This document shows positions 1 to 9,777 of a DNA stretch of 37,288 nt, in pieces. The stretch's first letter is position 1, and each line of letters begins with the position of its first letter. Below the pieces are notes generated by a model. The model saw only the letters and a list, made by a program, of their open reading frames with translations. It had not been told where the DNA came from and searched no databases. The position numbers and the translations under genes were made by a program. The DNA comes from Kiritimatiellia bacterium (GTDB lineage Bacteria > Verrucomicrobiota > Kiritimatiellia > RFP12 > JAZUKQ01): contig JAZUKQ010000086.1 of assembly GCA_045643325.1 (NCBI GenBank), positions 1-37,288 of the forward strand. The letters are read 5' to 3'.

Positions 1-18
1 AATCCGTCCCCTTGGCTC

Positions 19-40
19 GGGGGGGGGGGGAGGGGAGGGG
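19..40 (+). repeat. G12 homopolymer followed by AGGGGAGGGG (G-rich, quadruplex-capable tract)
   Basis: Read directly: positions 19-30 are twelve G, followed by a-gggg-a-gggg. It lies upstream of the rpsL leader at the window edge. Confidence 0.9.
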
Positions 41-330
41 CGGCCGATTGGTCCGGACGCCGCTGCGGGAGCTCGCGCCGTGTCGGAGAGAATCAAGATT
101 TCCAAAAAAAGCGAAAAAAGGGGGTTGCGCACATCCGCGGGACTATGGTATCCTTACCGAACGCGCCGCCAAAAGGGCCACACGAGTCCGAGTCGGCGGG
201 CCACAACTAAGACACAACTCTGCGCTGTGCGCCCCGTGCAACAGGCCGTCCGAACGGTTCGGAGGGTTTGCCATGGGGGAGGGAGAGGCAGAATCGCCGG
301 CTCCTTCCAATTATCAGAGGTTCGCATCGT

Positions 331-714
331 ATGCCTACAATCAATCAACTTGTCCGCAAAGGCCGGACGACGCTCCGTAGCAAGAGCAAGTCGCCCGCGC
401 TCAAGAACTGCCCGCAGCGTCGCGGCGTCTGCCTGCTTGTCAAGACGCAGACCCCGAAGAAGCCGAACTCGGCCTTGCGGAAGGTCTGCCGTGTCCGTCT
501 TACGACCGGCTATGAGGTGACCGCCTACATCGGAGGCGAGGGCCACAACCTGCAGGAGCACAGCGTCGTGCTCGTCCGCGGTGGTCGTGTGGCCGACCTT
601 CCTGGTGTGCGCTATCACGTTGTCCGCGGCTGCCTCGACAGCCTCGGCGTGACCAACCGCAAGCAGGGCCGTTCCAAGTACGGCGTCAAGCGCGCCAAGG
701 CCGCCAAGAAGTAA
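331..714 (+). CDS. rpsL: 30S ribosomal protein S12
   Basis: ORF 268..714 trimmed to the ATG at 331 ([12 protein letters not shown]...). S12 signatures [11 protein letters not shown] and [12 protein letters not shown] are present. The 21-codon upstream extension does not look like S12. Confidence 0.97.
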   Translation: MPTINQLVRKGRTTLRSKSKSPALKNCPQRRGVCLLVKTQTPKKPNSALRKVCRVRLTTGYEVTAYIGGEGHNLQEHSVVLVRGGRVADLPGVRYHVVRGCLDSLGVTNRKQGRSKYGVKRAKAAKK

Positions 715-732
715 TCGAGTGAGGATTTAGCC

Positions 733-1206
733 ATGTCTCGCAGAAGCAAGAAGATCGTTCGCTCGGAAGTCACCGACCCGAAGTACAACAGCGCGATGGT
801 CGCGCACATGGTCAACTACATGATGAAGAGCGGCAAGAAGACTGTCGCCGAGCGCATCGTGTACGGGGCCATCGACGAGGTCGCCAAGAAGGTCGAGGGC
901 GAGGACGCGCTCGAGGTCGTCAGCAAGGCGATCGAGAACATGAAGCCGCGCGTGGAAGTCAAGAGCCGCCGCATCGGCGGCGCCTCCTACCAGGTTCCCG
1001 TCGAGATCAAGCCCGGCCGTCAGCTCTCGCTGGCTCTCCGCTGGCTTGTCCAGTATGCTTCCGGCCGTCGGGGAATGGGCATGCCCAAAGCCGTCGCCGC
1101 CGAGATTCTCGACGCCTACAAGGGCGAGGGCAACATCGTCAAGAAGCGCGACGACACGCACAAGATGGCGCAGGCCAACCGCGCGTTCGCGCACTACGGA
1201 ATGTAA
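733..1206 (+). CDS. rpsG: 30S ribosomal protein S7
   Basis: 157 aa, MSRRSKKIVRSEVTDPKYNS...VEVKSRRIGGASYQVPVEI is typical S7. It follows rpsL as in str operons. Confidence 0.97.
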   Translation: MSRRSKKIVRSEVTDPKYNSAMVAHMVNYMMKSGKKTVAERIVYGAIDEVAKKVEGEDALEVVSKAIENMKPRVEVKSRRIGGASYQVPVEIKPGRQLSLALRWLVQYASGRRGMGMPKAVAAEILDAYKGEGNIVKKRDDTHKMAQANRAFAHYGM

Positions 1207-1330
1207 TTCCCGCAGACGGGCAAAACCCGTCCGCACGCCCCCTCCGGCCGGGTGGTCGGGAGGGCGGGGGCCGCAAGGTCCCGAACACTGGATCTTTGAC
1301 AGCCGAAGATTGGTTTGAGCAAGGTACGCT

Positions 1331-3451
1331 ATGGCATCCGCAGATAAGAAGCAAAAGGGAAAAGGAGGCGCCGACGAGGCCGCCCGTTCCCACGCGCTTT
1401 CCGACGTGCGGAACATCGGTATCATCGCCCACATCGACGCCGGGAAGACGACCGTCTCCGAACGGATTCTTTTCTACTCCCACATCGTCCACAAGATCGG
1501 CGAGGTGCATGAAGGCACCGCGACGATGGACTGGATGATCCAGGAGCGGGAGCGCGGCATCACCATCACCTCCGCGGCCGTGACCACCGAGTGGCTCGGC
1601 AAGCAGGTGAACATCATCGACACTCCGGGACACGTGGATTTCACGGTGGAAGTCGAGCGCTCCCTGCGCGTTCTCGACGGAGCCGTCGGCGTGTTCTGCG
1701 CGGTCGGCGGTGTGCAGCCGCAGTCCGAGACCGTTTGGCGCCAGGCGAACAAATACGGCGTCCCCCGCATCGCCTTCGTCAACAAGATGGACCGCATGGG
1801 CGCGGACTTCGACGCGGTGGTCTCCGCCATCCGCGAGCGTCTCCGCTCCAACGCGGTGCCCGTCGAGCTTCCCATCGGGAGTGCCGAGACATTCGAGGGC
1901 ACGGTGGACCTCATTGCCCGCAAGGCCGTCCGCTACAGCGACGACGACCAGGGCTCCACGCTCATCGAGGGTCCGGTTCCTCCGGAGATGGCCGACGAGG
2001 CCGAGGCCGCGCGCCTCGCGCTCGTAGAGGCCGTGGCCGACGCCGACGAGGCGGTCGGCGACGCCTATCTTTCCGGAGAGGAGATTTCCGAGGAGGCGTT
2101 GATCGCCGGCATCCGCCGCGCGACCATCGCCGGGAAGCTGGTCCCTGTCCTCTGCGGCACGGCTCTCAAGAACAAGGGCATCCAGCCCCTGCTCGACGCC
2201 GTGGTCCGCTATCTTCCCTCTCCCCTCGACGTGCCGCCCGTCTCGGGCCGGCATCCGAAGACCGACAAGGAGGAGGTCCGCGAGGCGGACGACACGGCTC
2301 CCCTGTGCGGGCTGGTGTTCAAAGTGGCCGCCGACTCCTATCTTGGTCGGCTCCTCTACGTCCGGATTTATTCGGGCACCCTCAAAAAGGGACAGAACTT
2401 CTTCGCTCCCCGTACTCGCGGCCGCACCCGTGTCGGCCGGCTCCTCCGGATGAAGTCCAACGAGCAGATCGACATCGAGGCGCTGCACGCCGGCGAGATC
2501 GGCGCGATGGTCGGGGTCGAAAAAGTGACGACGGGCGACACAATCTGCGCGGAGAACGCGCCGGTCGCCCTTGAGAACATTGAATTTCCGGAGCCGGTCA
2601 TGTTTATGGCCGTCGAGCCGAAGAGCCGGGCCGACAAGGACCGTCTCGTCGCCGCGCTTCAGACGCTGGCCGACGAGGATCCGACCTGTCAGGTCCGCAT
2701 CGACGAGGAGTCCGGACAGACGATTTTGAGCGGTATGGGCGAGCTCCACCTCGAGATTCTGCGCGACAGGCTGTTGCGCGAGTTCAAGGTGGCGGCCAAC
2801 GTCGGCAAGCCGATGGTCTCCTACTACGAGACGGTGACGGCGGCGACGGACGGGGCCTATACCTTCGACCGGGAGTTCGGCGGCAAGCGCCAGGCTGCCC
2901 GGATTGAGCTTCACATCGAGCCCGGTGAACGGGGTTCCGGCACGTCGGTCACGACCCATGTGCCGCGGGACACCGTTCCGCCCGAGTTTCAGGACGCCGT
3001 CGAACAGGGCGTCCGCGATGCGATATTGACCGGCGTGCTCGCGCGCTATCCGATGACCGACCTCCAAGTGGTCATCACAGGCGGCGGAATCGTGGACAAC
3101 GATTCCGCGACCGAGATGGCGTTCCGCACCGCCGCGATCATGGCGTACCGGGAGGCGGCTTCCGCCGCGCGCCCGGAACTGCTCGAACCAATCATGGGGG
3201 TCGAGATCCTCACGCCGCCCGAATCGACGGGCGATGTGATGGGCGACCTCAACGGGCGCCGCGGGCAGGTTCGCGAGATGACCATGCATGGGGACATGCA
3301 GGTGCTTCGCGCGGACGTACCGCTCGCGGAGATGTTCGGCTACTCGACGGCGGTCCGCTCCCTCACCAAGGGAAGGGCCTCCTACTCGATGGAGCCGAAA
3401 CAGTTCGACGTCGCGCCCGAGGCTGTCAAAGAGGAAATCCTGAAAAGGTAG
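1331..3451 (+). CDS. fusA: Translation elongation factor G
   Basis: 706 aa with the G-domain motifs [17 protein letters not shown] and NKMD. It has a ~20 aa Lys/Gly-rich N-terminal extension, and synteny rpsL-rpsG-fusA. Confidence 0.97.
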   Translation: MASADKKQKGKGGADEAARSHALSDVRNIGIIAHIDAGKTTVSERILFYSHIVHKIGEVHEGTATMDWMIQERERGITITSAAVTTEWLGKQVNIIDTPGHVDFTVEVERSLRVLDGAVGVFCAVGGVQPQSETVWRQANKYGVPRIAFVNKMDRMGADFDAVVSAIRERLRSNAVPVELPIGSAETFEGTVDLIARKAVRYSDDDQGSTLIEGPVPPEMADEAEAARLALVEAVADADEAVGDAYLSGEEISEEALIAGIRRATIAGKLVPVLCGTALKNKGIQPLLDAVVRYLPSPLDVPPVSGRHPKTDKEEVREADDTAPLCGLVFKVAADSYLGRLLYVRIYSGTLKKGQNFFAPRTRGRTRVGRLLRMKSNEQIDIEALHAGEIGAMVGVEKVTTGDTICAENAPVALENIEFPEPVMFMAVEPKSRADKDRLVAALQTLADEDPTCQVRIDEESGQTILSGMGELHLEILRDRLLREFKVAANVGKPMVSYYETVTAATDGAYTFDREFGGKRQAARIELHIEPGERGSGTSVTTHVPRDTVPPEFQDAVEQGVRDAILTGVLARYPMTDLQVVITGGGIVDNDSATEMAFRTAAIMAYREAASAARPELLEPIMGVEILTPPESTGDVMGDLNGRRGQVREMTMHGDMQVLRADVPLAEMFGYSTAVRSLTKGRASYSMEPKQFDVAPEAVKEEILKR

Positions 3452-3458
3452 CAACACA

Positions 3459-3767
3459 ATGCAAGGTCAACGCATCCGAATCCGCATGCAGGCGTACGAC
3501 CACAAGGTCCTGGACAAGGCCGTCGCCGACATCATCGACACGGCCCGCAGCACAGGCTCGCAGGTCGTCGGTCCGATTCCGCTGCCCACGCGCATCGAGC
3601 GCTATACGGTCAACCGGAGTCCGCACGTGGACAAAAAGTCGATGGATCAGTTTGAAATGCGCACTCACAAGCGCATGTTCGACATCGTCGGTCCGACCGC
3701 CAAGACGGTGGACGAGCTCAAGAAGCTCAACCTCCCCGCGGGCGTGGATATCACCATCAAGATCTGA
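3459..3767 (+). CDS. rpsJ: 30S ribosomal protein S10
   Basis: 102 aa, [16 protein letters not shown]...GPIPLPT...[11 protein letters not shown] is typical S10. It starts 7 nt after the fusA stop. Confidence 0.97.
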   Translation: MQGQRIRIRMQAYDHKVLDKAVADIIDTARSTGSQVVGPIPLPTRIERYTVNRSPHVDKKSMDQFEMRTHKRMFDIVGPTAKTVDELKKLNLPAGVDITIKI

Positions 3768-3782
3768 AACGAGGGCTAAGCC

Positions 3783-4421
3783 ATGGAAGGCTTGATAGGA
3801 AAAAAGAAAGGGATGACCCAGGTCTGGGACGAGGCGGGCAACCGCGTCGCCGTGACGGTCATCGAAGTGGGCCCCTGCCCGGTCGTCCAAGTCAAGACGG
3901 CCGAAAAGGACGGTTACGACGCCGTGCAGCTCGGTTACGGGCCGCAGAAGGCCTCCCGCATGTCGAAGGCGGAAGTCGCCCGGTTTGAGAAGGCCGGCAT
4001 CGCGACTCCGCACCGCACGCTCCGCGAGTTCAAGGCGGACGCGGGCGAGACCGTGAAACCCGGCGACGTCATCACCGCCTCGATGTTCGAGGGAGTGAAG
4101 TTCGTCGACGTCATCGGCACCTCCAAGGGCCGCGGGTTCCAGGGTGTCATGAAGCGCTGGGGCTTCGCCGGCGGTCCGATGACCCACGGCGGCCACGTGA
4201 AGCGCCGTCCCGGCTCCATCGGCATGCGCCAGGACCCGGGCTCGATCGACAAGGGCCATCCGATGCCGGGACACATGGGCGCGCGCCGCGTGACCACGCA
4301 GAATCTCGCGCTCGTCTCGGTGCGCCCCGACGACAACGTCCTTCTCGTCGCGGGCTGCGTCCCGGGACCGCAGGACGGGCTCGTCATCGTCCGCAAATCG
4401 ATTAAGAAGGCGGGTAAATAA
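3783..4421 (+). CDS. rplC: 50S ribosomal protein L3
   Basis: 212 aa, LIGKKKGMTQVWDE...GTSKGRGFQGVMKRWGF is the L3 signature. Confidence 0.97.
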   Translation: MEGLIGKKKGMTQVWDEAGNRVAVTVIEVGPCPVVQVKTAEKDGYDAVQLGYGPQKASRMSKAEVARFEKAGIATPHRTLREFKADAGETVKPGDVITASMFEGVKFVDVIGTSKGRGFQGVMKRWGFAGGPMTHGGHVKRRPGSIGMRQDPGSIDKGHPMPGHMGARRVTTQNLALVSVRPDDNVLLVAGCVPGPQDGLVIVRKSIKKAGK

Positions 4422-5071
4422 TGAGCACCATCAAACAGTTCAACCGTTCCGGCGAGGCCGCGGGCGAAGTGACCGTCGATGACGCCCTTCTCGTGCGCGA
4501 CAAGGCCACGCAGAGCGTTCAGGACGTTGTCATCGCCGGCATGGCCGGCCGTCGTGCCGGCACCGCCTCCACCCTTTCGAAGGGCGAGGTCGCCGGTTCC
4601 AACAAGAAGCTTTGGCGCCAGAAGGGCACGGGCCGCGCCCGTACCGGCCTGCGTCAGTCCCCCGTCTGGCGCGGCGGCGGCGTGGCCTTCGGTCCCAAGC
4701 CCCGTTGCTTCGCCCAGAAGGTCAACAAGAAGCAGCTCCAGCTCGCGTTCCGCCGCGCGCTCTCCGACCTCGTCGTCGCCGACGCGGTCAAGATCGTCGA
4801 CGACCTCACGGTCTCGGAGCCCCGCACCAAGCTCGTGGTCGGGATGCTCAAGAAGCTCGGTCTCGAGAGCTGCCTCATTGTGACCCGCTCGGTGGATCCC
4901 GTGTTCTGCAAGGCCGCCCGCAATATTCCGGGCGTGGCCGTGCTCAGTGCCCGCGATGTGGGCGTCTACCACCTTGTCCGCTATCCGGCGGTGGTGGTGG
5001 CCCGTTCCGCGTGGGATGTGCTCGAGACCCGCCTCGCGGGCAAGAGCGTGCCGGAGGATGTCGCGAAATGA
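4421..5071 (+). CDS. rplD: 50S ribosomal protein L4
   Basis: 216 aa with KLWRQKGTGRARTG...SPVWRGGGVAFGPKPR, the L4 signature. Its start overlaps the rplC stop by 1 nt. Confidence 0.95.
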   Translation: MSTIKQFNRSGEAAGEVTVDDALLVRDKATQSVQDVVIAGMAGRRAGTASTLSKGEVAGSNKKLWRQKGTGRARTGLRQSPVWRGGGVAFGPKPRCFAQKVNKKQLQLAFRRALSDLVVADAVKIVDDLTVSEPRTKLVVGMLKKLGLESCLIVTRSVDPVFCKAARNIPGVAVLSARDVGVYHLVRYPAVVVARSAWDVLETRLAGKSVPEDVAK

Positions 5072-5349
5072 AACACCCCAACAGCATTGTCCGCGCGGTC
5101 CAGCTGACCGAGAAGGCCGAAGTGCTTGCCGCCCAGAACAAGTACTTCCTCGAGGTCGATCGTGCCGCGAACAAGTATGAAATCAAGAAAGCGGTCCAGG
5201 AGCTCTTCAATGTGACGGTCCTGGACGTCAACACCCAGCGCCGCAAGGGAGAGACCCGCGTCCTCCGCAACCGTCGCCAGGTGAAGGCCTCCGACTGGAA
5301 GCGCGCGATTGTCACGCTCAAGGCGGGTGACCGCATCGACGTGATTTAG
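5068..5349 (+). CDS. rplW: 50S ribosomal protein L23
   Basis: Internal ATG at 5068 of ORF 4612..5349 (MKHPNSIVRAVQLTEKA...KRAIVTLKAGDRIDV). There is an ATGA overlap with the rplD stop. The upstream part of the ORF is an out-of-frame shadow over rplD. Confidence 0.93.
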   Translation: MKHPNSIVRAVQLTEKAEVLAAQNKYFLEVDRAANKYEIKKAVQELFNVTVLDVNTQRRKGETRVLRNRRQVKASDWKRAIVTLKAGDRIDVI

Positions 5350-5360
5350 GAGAGTCCACC

Positions 5361-6182
5361 ATGGGTATCAAATCCTATCGTCCCTATACTCCGAGCCAGC
5401 GCTTCACCAAGACGTTGGACAAGTCGGAGATCACCAAGGCGAAGCCGGAGAAGAGCCTGACCGTCGCCAAGCGAAGCAAGGCCGGCCGTGACTCCGCCGG
5501 TCACGTCTCCACCCGCCATCGCGGCGGCGGCGTCAAGCGCCGTCTCCGTATCATCGACTGGCGCCGCGCCCGCGAGGACGCCGCGACCGTCGTGGCCATC
5601 GAGTACGATCCCAACCGCTCCGCCAACATCGCTCTTGTCGAATACGCGGACGGCGTGAAGGCCTATATCCTCGCCCCCGAGGGTCTCAAGGTCGGCGCGA
5701 AGGTCGTCGCCTCGGCCGACGCCGAGCCCACCGTGGGCAACTGCCTCCCCCTCAACAAGATTCCGTTGGGACTCTTCGTCCATAACGTCGAGTTCGTCCC
5801 TGGCCGCGGCGGCAAGCTGATTCGCGCCGCCGGTCTCGGCGCCCAGGTCATGGCCCGCGAGGAAGGGGCCGTCACGCTCCGCCTTCCCTCCGGCGAGGTG
5901 CGCAAGTTCCTCCCGAACTGCCGCGCCACCGTGGGCAATGTCGGCAACGGCGACCACGAGAACGTCTCGCTCGGCAAGGCCGGCCGCAAGCGCTGGCTGG
6001 GCATCCGCCCGACCGTCCGCGGCGTCGCGATGAACCCGGTCGACCATCCGATGGGCGGCGGCGAAGGCCGTACGTCCGGCGGCGGTCCGGCCGAATCCCC
6101 CTGGGGCAAGCTCGCCAAGGGCGGCAAGACCCGCAAACCCGGCAAGGCCTCGAGCCGCATGATCGTCAAACGGAGAAAGTAA
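5361..6182 (+). CDS. rplB: 50S ribosomal protein L2
   Basis: 273 aa, MGIKSYRPYTPSQRF...GRNSAGHV-like...MNPVDHPMGGGEGR is the L2 signature. Confidence 0.97.
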   Translation: MGIKSYRPYTPSQRFTKTLDKSEITKAKPEKSLTVAKRSKAGRDSAGHVSTRHRGGGVKRRLRIIDWRRAREDAATVVAIEYDPNRSANIALVEYADGVKAYILAPEGLKVGAKVVASADAEPTVGNCLPLNKIPLGLFVHNVEFVPGRGGKLIRAAGLGAQVMAREEGAVTLRLPSGEVRKFLPNCRATVGNVGNGDHENVSLGKAGRKRWLGIRPTVRGVAMNPVDHPMGGGEGRTSGGGPAESPWGKLAKGGKTRKPGKASSRMIVKRRK

Positions 6183-6185
6183 GCC

Positions 6186-6470
6186 ATGGGACGTTCTATT
6201 AAGAAAGGGCCGTTTGTCGACGAGTCCCTCATGAAAAAGGCCGAGGCGATGAACGCCTCCGCCCGCAAGCAGCCGATCAAGACCTGGTCGCGCCGTTCGG
6301 TGATTCTCCCGGAGTTCGTCGGGCTCACCTTCGCCATCCACAACGGCAAGCAGCACCTCCCGATCTTCATCACCGAGAATATGGTCGGCCACAAACTCCG
6401 CGAGTTCGCCCACACGCGCCTCTTCAAGAAGCACGGCAACTCCGAGGCGAAGGCCGCCGACAAGAAGTAG
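6186..6470 (+). CDS. rpsS: 30S ribosomal protein S19
   Basis: 94 aa, [18 protein letters not shown]...[23 protein letters not shown]. Confidence 0.97.
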   Translation: MGRSIKKGPFVDESLMKKAEAMNASARKQPIKTWSRRSVILPEFVGLTFAIHNGKQHLPIFITENMVGHKLREFAHTRLFKKHGNSEAKAADKK

Positions 6471-6482
6471 GAGCACTGAGTC

Positions 6483-6821
6483 ATGGAAGTCAAAGCCATC
6501 ACCCGTAATGTGCGCATGTCGGCCGGCAAAGGCCGCGACCTCGCCCGCGCCCTCAAGGGCAAGAGCGTCGCCGACGCGCTACGCATTACGGAATTCTCCC
6601 CGCGCAAGGCGGCGTTCCACCTGGGCAAGACCCTCAAGAGCGCCATCGCCAACGCGCAGAACAACAATCACCTCGATGTGGACACCCTCAAGGTCCGCTC
6701 GGCGGTGATCGACGAAGGCGTGAGCATGCGCCGCTTCTGGGCCCGCGCCCGCGGCAGTGCCGCTCCGATCGAAAAACAGACGTGCCACATTACCGTCGTT
6801 CTTACGGACGAGGCCAAATAA
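6483..6821 (+). CDS. rplV: 50S ribosomal protein L22
   Basis: 112 aa, ...VRMSAGKGRDLARALKGKSVADAL...RARGSAAPIEKQTCHITVVL. Confidence 0.96.
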   Translation: MEVKAITRNVRMSAGKGRDLARALKGKSVADALRITEFSPRKAAFHLGKTLKSAIANAQNNNHLDVDTLKVRSAVIDEGVSMRRFWARARGSAAPIEKQTCHITVVLTDEAK

Positions 6822-6872
6822 GGAAACCCGCCGGAAAGCCCGAAAGGGAACGCCGGCGGAAGGAGTAACACC

Positions 6873-7616
6873 TTGGGACAGAAAGTAAATCCGATTGGGT
6901 TCCGCATCCCGCTCACGAAGGACTGGCGCTCTCGCTGGTTCGCCGATAAGCGCCGTTTCGGCGAGTTTCTCGCCGAGGACGACATGATCCGGAGCTACAT
7001 CAAGAGCAGCAAGGAGCTGGCCGAGGCCGGCATTTCCGACGTCGTGATCGAGCGCTTCGCCAATCGCGTCCGCATCATCCTCTTCAGCGCCCGTCCGGGC
7101 GTCGCGATCGGCCGCAAGGGCCGCGGCGCCTCCGGGGCGGAGGTTCCTGAGGCCGAGAAGGGCAAGAACCCCATCGACATCACGAAAGTCTATCTTCAGA
7201 AGAAGACCGGCAAGGAGATCTACATCGAGCTCCGCGAGGTCGTCGATTCTCCGGCCAACGCGCAGCTTGTCGCGGCCGGCATCGCCGACCAGCTCGTCCG
7301 CCGCATGCCCCTCAAGCGCGCCATGAAACGCGCCCAGCAGGACGCCATGAAGGCGGGAGTCGACGGGATCAAGATCTACGCCTCCGGCCGTATCAACGGA
7401 GCCGAGATTTCCCGCGCCGAGTGGATTAAGGAGGGCAAGGTCCCCCTGCACACCCTGCGCGCGAACATCGACTTCGGGTTCGCCGAGGCCGCCACCACGG
7501 CCGGCCGTATCGGCGTGAAAGTTTGGATTTGCAAGAGCGACGACTACAAGCCGATGAAGCCCACGGCTCCCGGCGAGCGTCGCGGAAGGAGGCCCAGCCA
7601 TGCCGCTAATGCCTAA
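6873..7616 (+). CDS. rpsC: 30S ribosomal protein S3 (TTG start)
   Basis: 247 aa, (M)[23 protein letters not shown]...[27 protein letters not shown]. The start codon at 6873 is TTG, preceded by GGAAGGAG. It appears to carry a short insert relative to the E. coli S3 central region. Confidence 0.95.
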   Translation: MGQKVNPIGFRIPLTKDWRSRWFADKRRFGEFLAEDDMIRSYIKSSKELAEAGISDVVIERFANRVRIILFSARPGVAIGRKGRGASGAEVPEAEKGKNPIDITKVYLQKKTGKEIYIELREVVDSPANAQLVAAGIADQLVRRMPLKRAMKRAQQDAMKAGVDGIKIYASGRINGAEISRAEWIKEGKVPLHTLRANIDFGFAEAATTAGRIGVKVWICKSDDYKPMKPTAPGERRGRRPSHAANA

Positions 7617-8022
7617 AAGAGTTAAACACCGCAAGGTCCAGCGCGGTAACCGCGGCGGCATCGCCACCACGAACACCTCGCTCGCCTTCGGTTCGTACGG
7701 GTTGAAGTGCCTGAGCCGCGGTTGGCTCACGGCCGTCCAGATCGAAGCCTGTCGTGTGACCATCAACCGCGCCCTCAACCGTCGCGGCAAACTTTGGATC
7801 CGCGTCTTTCCGGACAAGCCTGTTTCCGCCAAGCCGATCGAAGTCCGAATGGGTAAGGGCAAAGGCGATCCGGAGTACTGGGTGGCCGTCATCCGCCCGG
7901 GCACCATCTTCTTCGAGATCGACGGTGTGCCCGAGTCTCTCGCCAAGGAGGCTTTCCGCCTCGCCTCGGCCAAACTCGGGTTCCGCATGCAGTTCATCAC
8001 CCGCAACGGCGCGGCCCGCTAA
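7600..8022 (+). CDS. rplP: 50S ribosomal protein L16
   Basis: 140 aa, [16 protein letters not shown]...[26 protein letters not shown]. An alternative ATG at 7609 is possible. It overlaps the rpsC 3' end. Confidence 0.95.
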   Translation: MPLMPKRVKHRKVQRGNRGGIATTNTSLAFGSYGLKCLSRGWLTAVQIEACRVTINRALNRRGKLWIRVFPDKPVSAKPIEVRMGKGKGDPEYWVAVIRPGTIFFEIDGVPESLAKEAFRLASAKLGFRMQFITRNGAAR

Positions 8023-8037
8023 GGAGACCATTCATCC

Positions 8038-8235
8038 ATGAAGGCACAGAAGTTTCGGGATATGAGTATCGACGAGATCAAGGCGCAGCTCGTCACGACG
8101 CGCCATGAACTCCAGGATTTGAAAGTCAAGGAAGCCGCGAAGACGGCCGGACGGGCCCCTGTCAAAGTGCGCGAGTTGCGCCATGACATCGCCCGGATGG
8201 AGACCGTGCTCCGCGAGAAGGAGACCGCGCTATGA
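8038..8235 (+). CDS. rpmC: 50S ribosomal protein L29
   Basis: 65 aa, ...MSIDEIKAQLVTTRHELQDLKVK...VRELRHDIARMETVL. Confidence 0.93.
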   Translation: MKAQKFRDMSIDEIKAQLVTTRHELQDLKVKEAAKTAGRAPVKVRELRHDIARMETVLREKETAL

Positions 8236-8513
8236 GCGAGGCGACCAAAAACGATACCGGCGTCCGCAAGACCCGGAAAGGCGAGGTGGTGAGCAAGAGC
8301 GGAGACAAGACGATCGTCGTCCAGGTCAAACGCCGCTACCGTCACCCCGTGTACGGGAAGGAACTCATCGATGTCAAGAAGTTCCATGCCCACGATGAAG
8401 CAAACCGCGCCAAGGTTGGCGATAAGGTGCGCATCGAAGAATGCCGGCCCATGAGCCGCATGAAGCGTTGGCGCCTTGTCGAAATCGAATCCGCCTCGGC
8501 CGAAGAGAAGTAG
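8232..8513 (+). CDS. rpsQ: 30S ribosomal protein S17
   Basis: 93 aa, ...[27 protein letters not shown]...[26 protein letters not shown]. There is a 4-nt overlap with rpmC. Confidence 0.95.
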   Translation: MSEATKNDTGVRKTRKGEVVSKSGDKTIVVQVKRRYRHPVYGKELIDVKKFHAHDEANRAKVGDKVRIEECRPMSRMKRWRLVEIESASAEEK

Positions 8514-8521
8514 GTTCCACC

Positions 8522-8887
8522 ATGATTCAGGAAGAAACAGAACTCGTCGTCGCCGACAACACCGGCGCGAAGCGCGTCGCCTGCTTCCGGATTCTCGGAC
8601 AGAAGAAGGGCTATGCCGGCCTCGGAGACCTCATCCGCGTCTCCGTCCGCGAGGCGACCCCGAACAGCTCCGTGAAGAAGGGTCAGGTCTGCCATGCGGT
8701 CATCGTCCGCACGGCCCATCCGATCGCCCGCGCGGACGGCTCCTATCTGAGGTTCGACAGCAGCGCCTGCGTGATTGTCGACTCCAAGAAGACCCCGCTC
8801 GGCTCCCGCATTTTCGGGCCTGTCGCCCGCGAGCTGCGCGACATGAACTACGCGAAGATTATCTCGCTTGCCCCGGAGGTGTTGTAA
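8522..8887 (+). CDS. rplN: 50S ribosomal protein L14
   Basis: Internal ATG at 8522 of ORF 8441..8887: [19 protein letters not shown]...[10 protein letters not shown]. Confidence 0.96.
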   Translation: MIQEETELVVADNTGAKRVACFRILGQKKGYAGLGDLIRVSVREATPNSSVKKGQVCHAVIVRTAHPIARADGSYLRFDSSACVIVDSKKTPLGSRIFGPVARELRDMNYAKIISLAPEVL

Positions 8888-9204
8888 TGAGTCTTCAGCG
8901 CATCAAGACCAAGGACACGGTGATTGTCATCGCCGGCGACGAGGCCGGAAAGACGGGCACCGTCAAGAAGATCGACCTCAAGAAGGGGCGCGCCATTGTC
9001 GAGGGGCTCAAGCTCGTCAAGAAGGCCGTCCGCAAGTGCGAGGCGCATCCCGACGGAGCGCTTCTCGACATCGAGGCCCCCATCGCCCTTTCCAACCTCA
9101 TGCCCTATGACCCCAAGGCCAAGAAGGGCGTCCGCGTCGGCTCCGCCGCCGAGGGCGACTCCAAGGTCCGTGTCGCCAAGGGCACCGGTCATCGCTTCGA
9201 GTAG
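8887..9204 (+). CDS. rplX: 50S ribosomal protein L24
   Basis: Internal ATG at 8887 of ORF 8476..9204: [29 protein letters not shown] (KOW motif). There is a 1-nt overlap with the rplN stop. Confidence 0.94.
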   Translation: MSLQRIKTKDTVIVIAGDEAGKTGTVKKIDLKKGRAIVEGLKLVKKAVRKCEAHPDGALLDIEAPIALSNLMPYDPKAKKGVRVGSAAEGDSKVRVAKGTGHRFE

Positions 9205-9214
9205 GAGACACCCC

Positions 9215-9763
9215 ATGTCCACGTTGAAAGAAAAATACGTAAACGAGGTCGTCCCCGCGCTTAAAGAAAAGTTCGGCCTCACGAACCCCATGACGGTTCC
9301 GAAGGTGAAGAAGGTCGTGCTCAACATGGCCTTCGGCATCCTCGACAAGGACGCCCAGAAGGCGGCCGTCACGGACCTTGCCAAGCTCTCCGGCCAGCAG
9401 CCCATGCTCTGCCAGGCCCGGAAGAGCGTCTCCAACTTCAAGCTCCGCGAGGGCATGGTCGTCGGCGCGAAGGTCACCCTTCGCGGCGCCCGCATGTACG
9501 CGTTCCTCGAACGCTTCATGAACAACGCCCTTCCTCGTATCCGCGACTTCCGCGGTGTTCCCAACCGCGGCTTCGACGGCCACGGCTGCTACACGATGGG
9601 CCTGAAGGAAGAGTCCGTCTTCCCCGAAATCGGCAACAACCACGCCACCCCGGACCACGGCATGGACATCACGATTGTGACGTCCGCCCCGAACAACGAG
9701 CAGGCCAAGGAACTCCTCGTCCAGCTCGGCGTCCCGTTCGTCGGTAAGAACGCCGCCAAGTAA
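9215..9763 (+). CDS. rplE: 50S ribosomal protein L5
   Basis: Internal ATG at 9215 of ORF 8924..9763: MSTLKEKYVNEVVPALKEKFG...RGARMYAFLERFMNNALPRIRDFRG. Confidence 0.96.
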   Translation: MSTLKEKYVNEVVPALKEKFGLTNPMTVPKVKKVVLNMAFGILDKDAQKAAVTDLAKLSGQQPMLCQARKSVSNFKLREGMVVGAKVTLRGARMYAFLERFMNNALPRIRDFRGVPNRGFDGHGCYTMGLKEESVFPEIGNNHATPDHGMDITIVTSAPNNEQAKELLVQLGVPFVGKNAAK

Positions 9764-9777
9764 GGAGCGAATGATCC

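Noticed and set aside
126-155. A possible rpsL-operon promoter TTGCGC-18-TATCCT with an upstream A-tract.
   Set aside because: Both hexamers are weak and the spacer is 18 nt. It is plausible but not supportable as a feature from sequence alone.
12-520. Several ORFs (12-380, 80-520, 154-618 minus) upstream of and overlapping the rpsL start, and the 268 start for rpsL.
   Set aside because: They have no recognisable products and a low-complexity Arg-rich composition. S12 homology starts exactly at the ATG at 331.
1215-1271. Stem-loops in the rpsG-fusA spacer (GACGGG-caaaa-CCCGTC and a GC-rich imperfect hairpin at 1237-1271) considered as an attenuator or terminator.
   Set aside because: No T-run follows. 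Such GC-rich hairpins are expected by chance in this composition, and I have no conservation data.
1139-3457. A 772-aa ORF on the minus strand opposite fusA. Similar long antisense or off-frame ORFs occur at 3426-4274, 3935-4972, 5346-6476, 5663-6667, 6579-8006, 11057-12091, 13822-14874, 14902-16497, 22254-23537, 24870-25724, 28905-29648, 31039-32013, 32615-33760 and 33907-34935.
   Set aside because: These are typical high-GC shadow ORFs. They are Arg/Gly/Ala/Pro-rich with no family motifs, and each overlaps a gene with an unambiguous conserved product on the other strand or in another frame.
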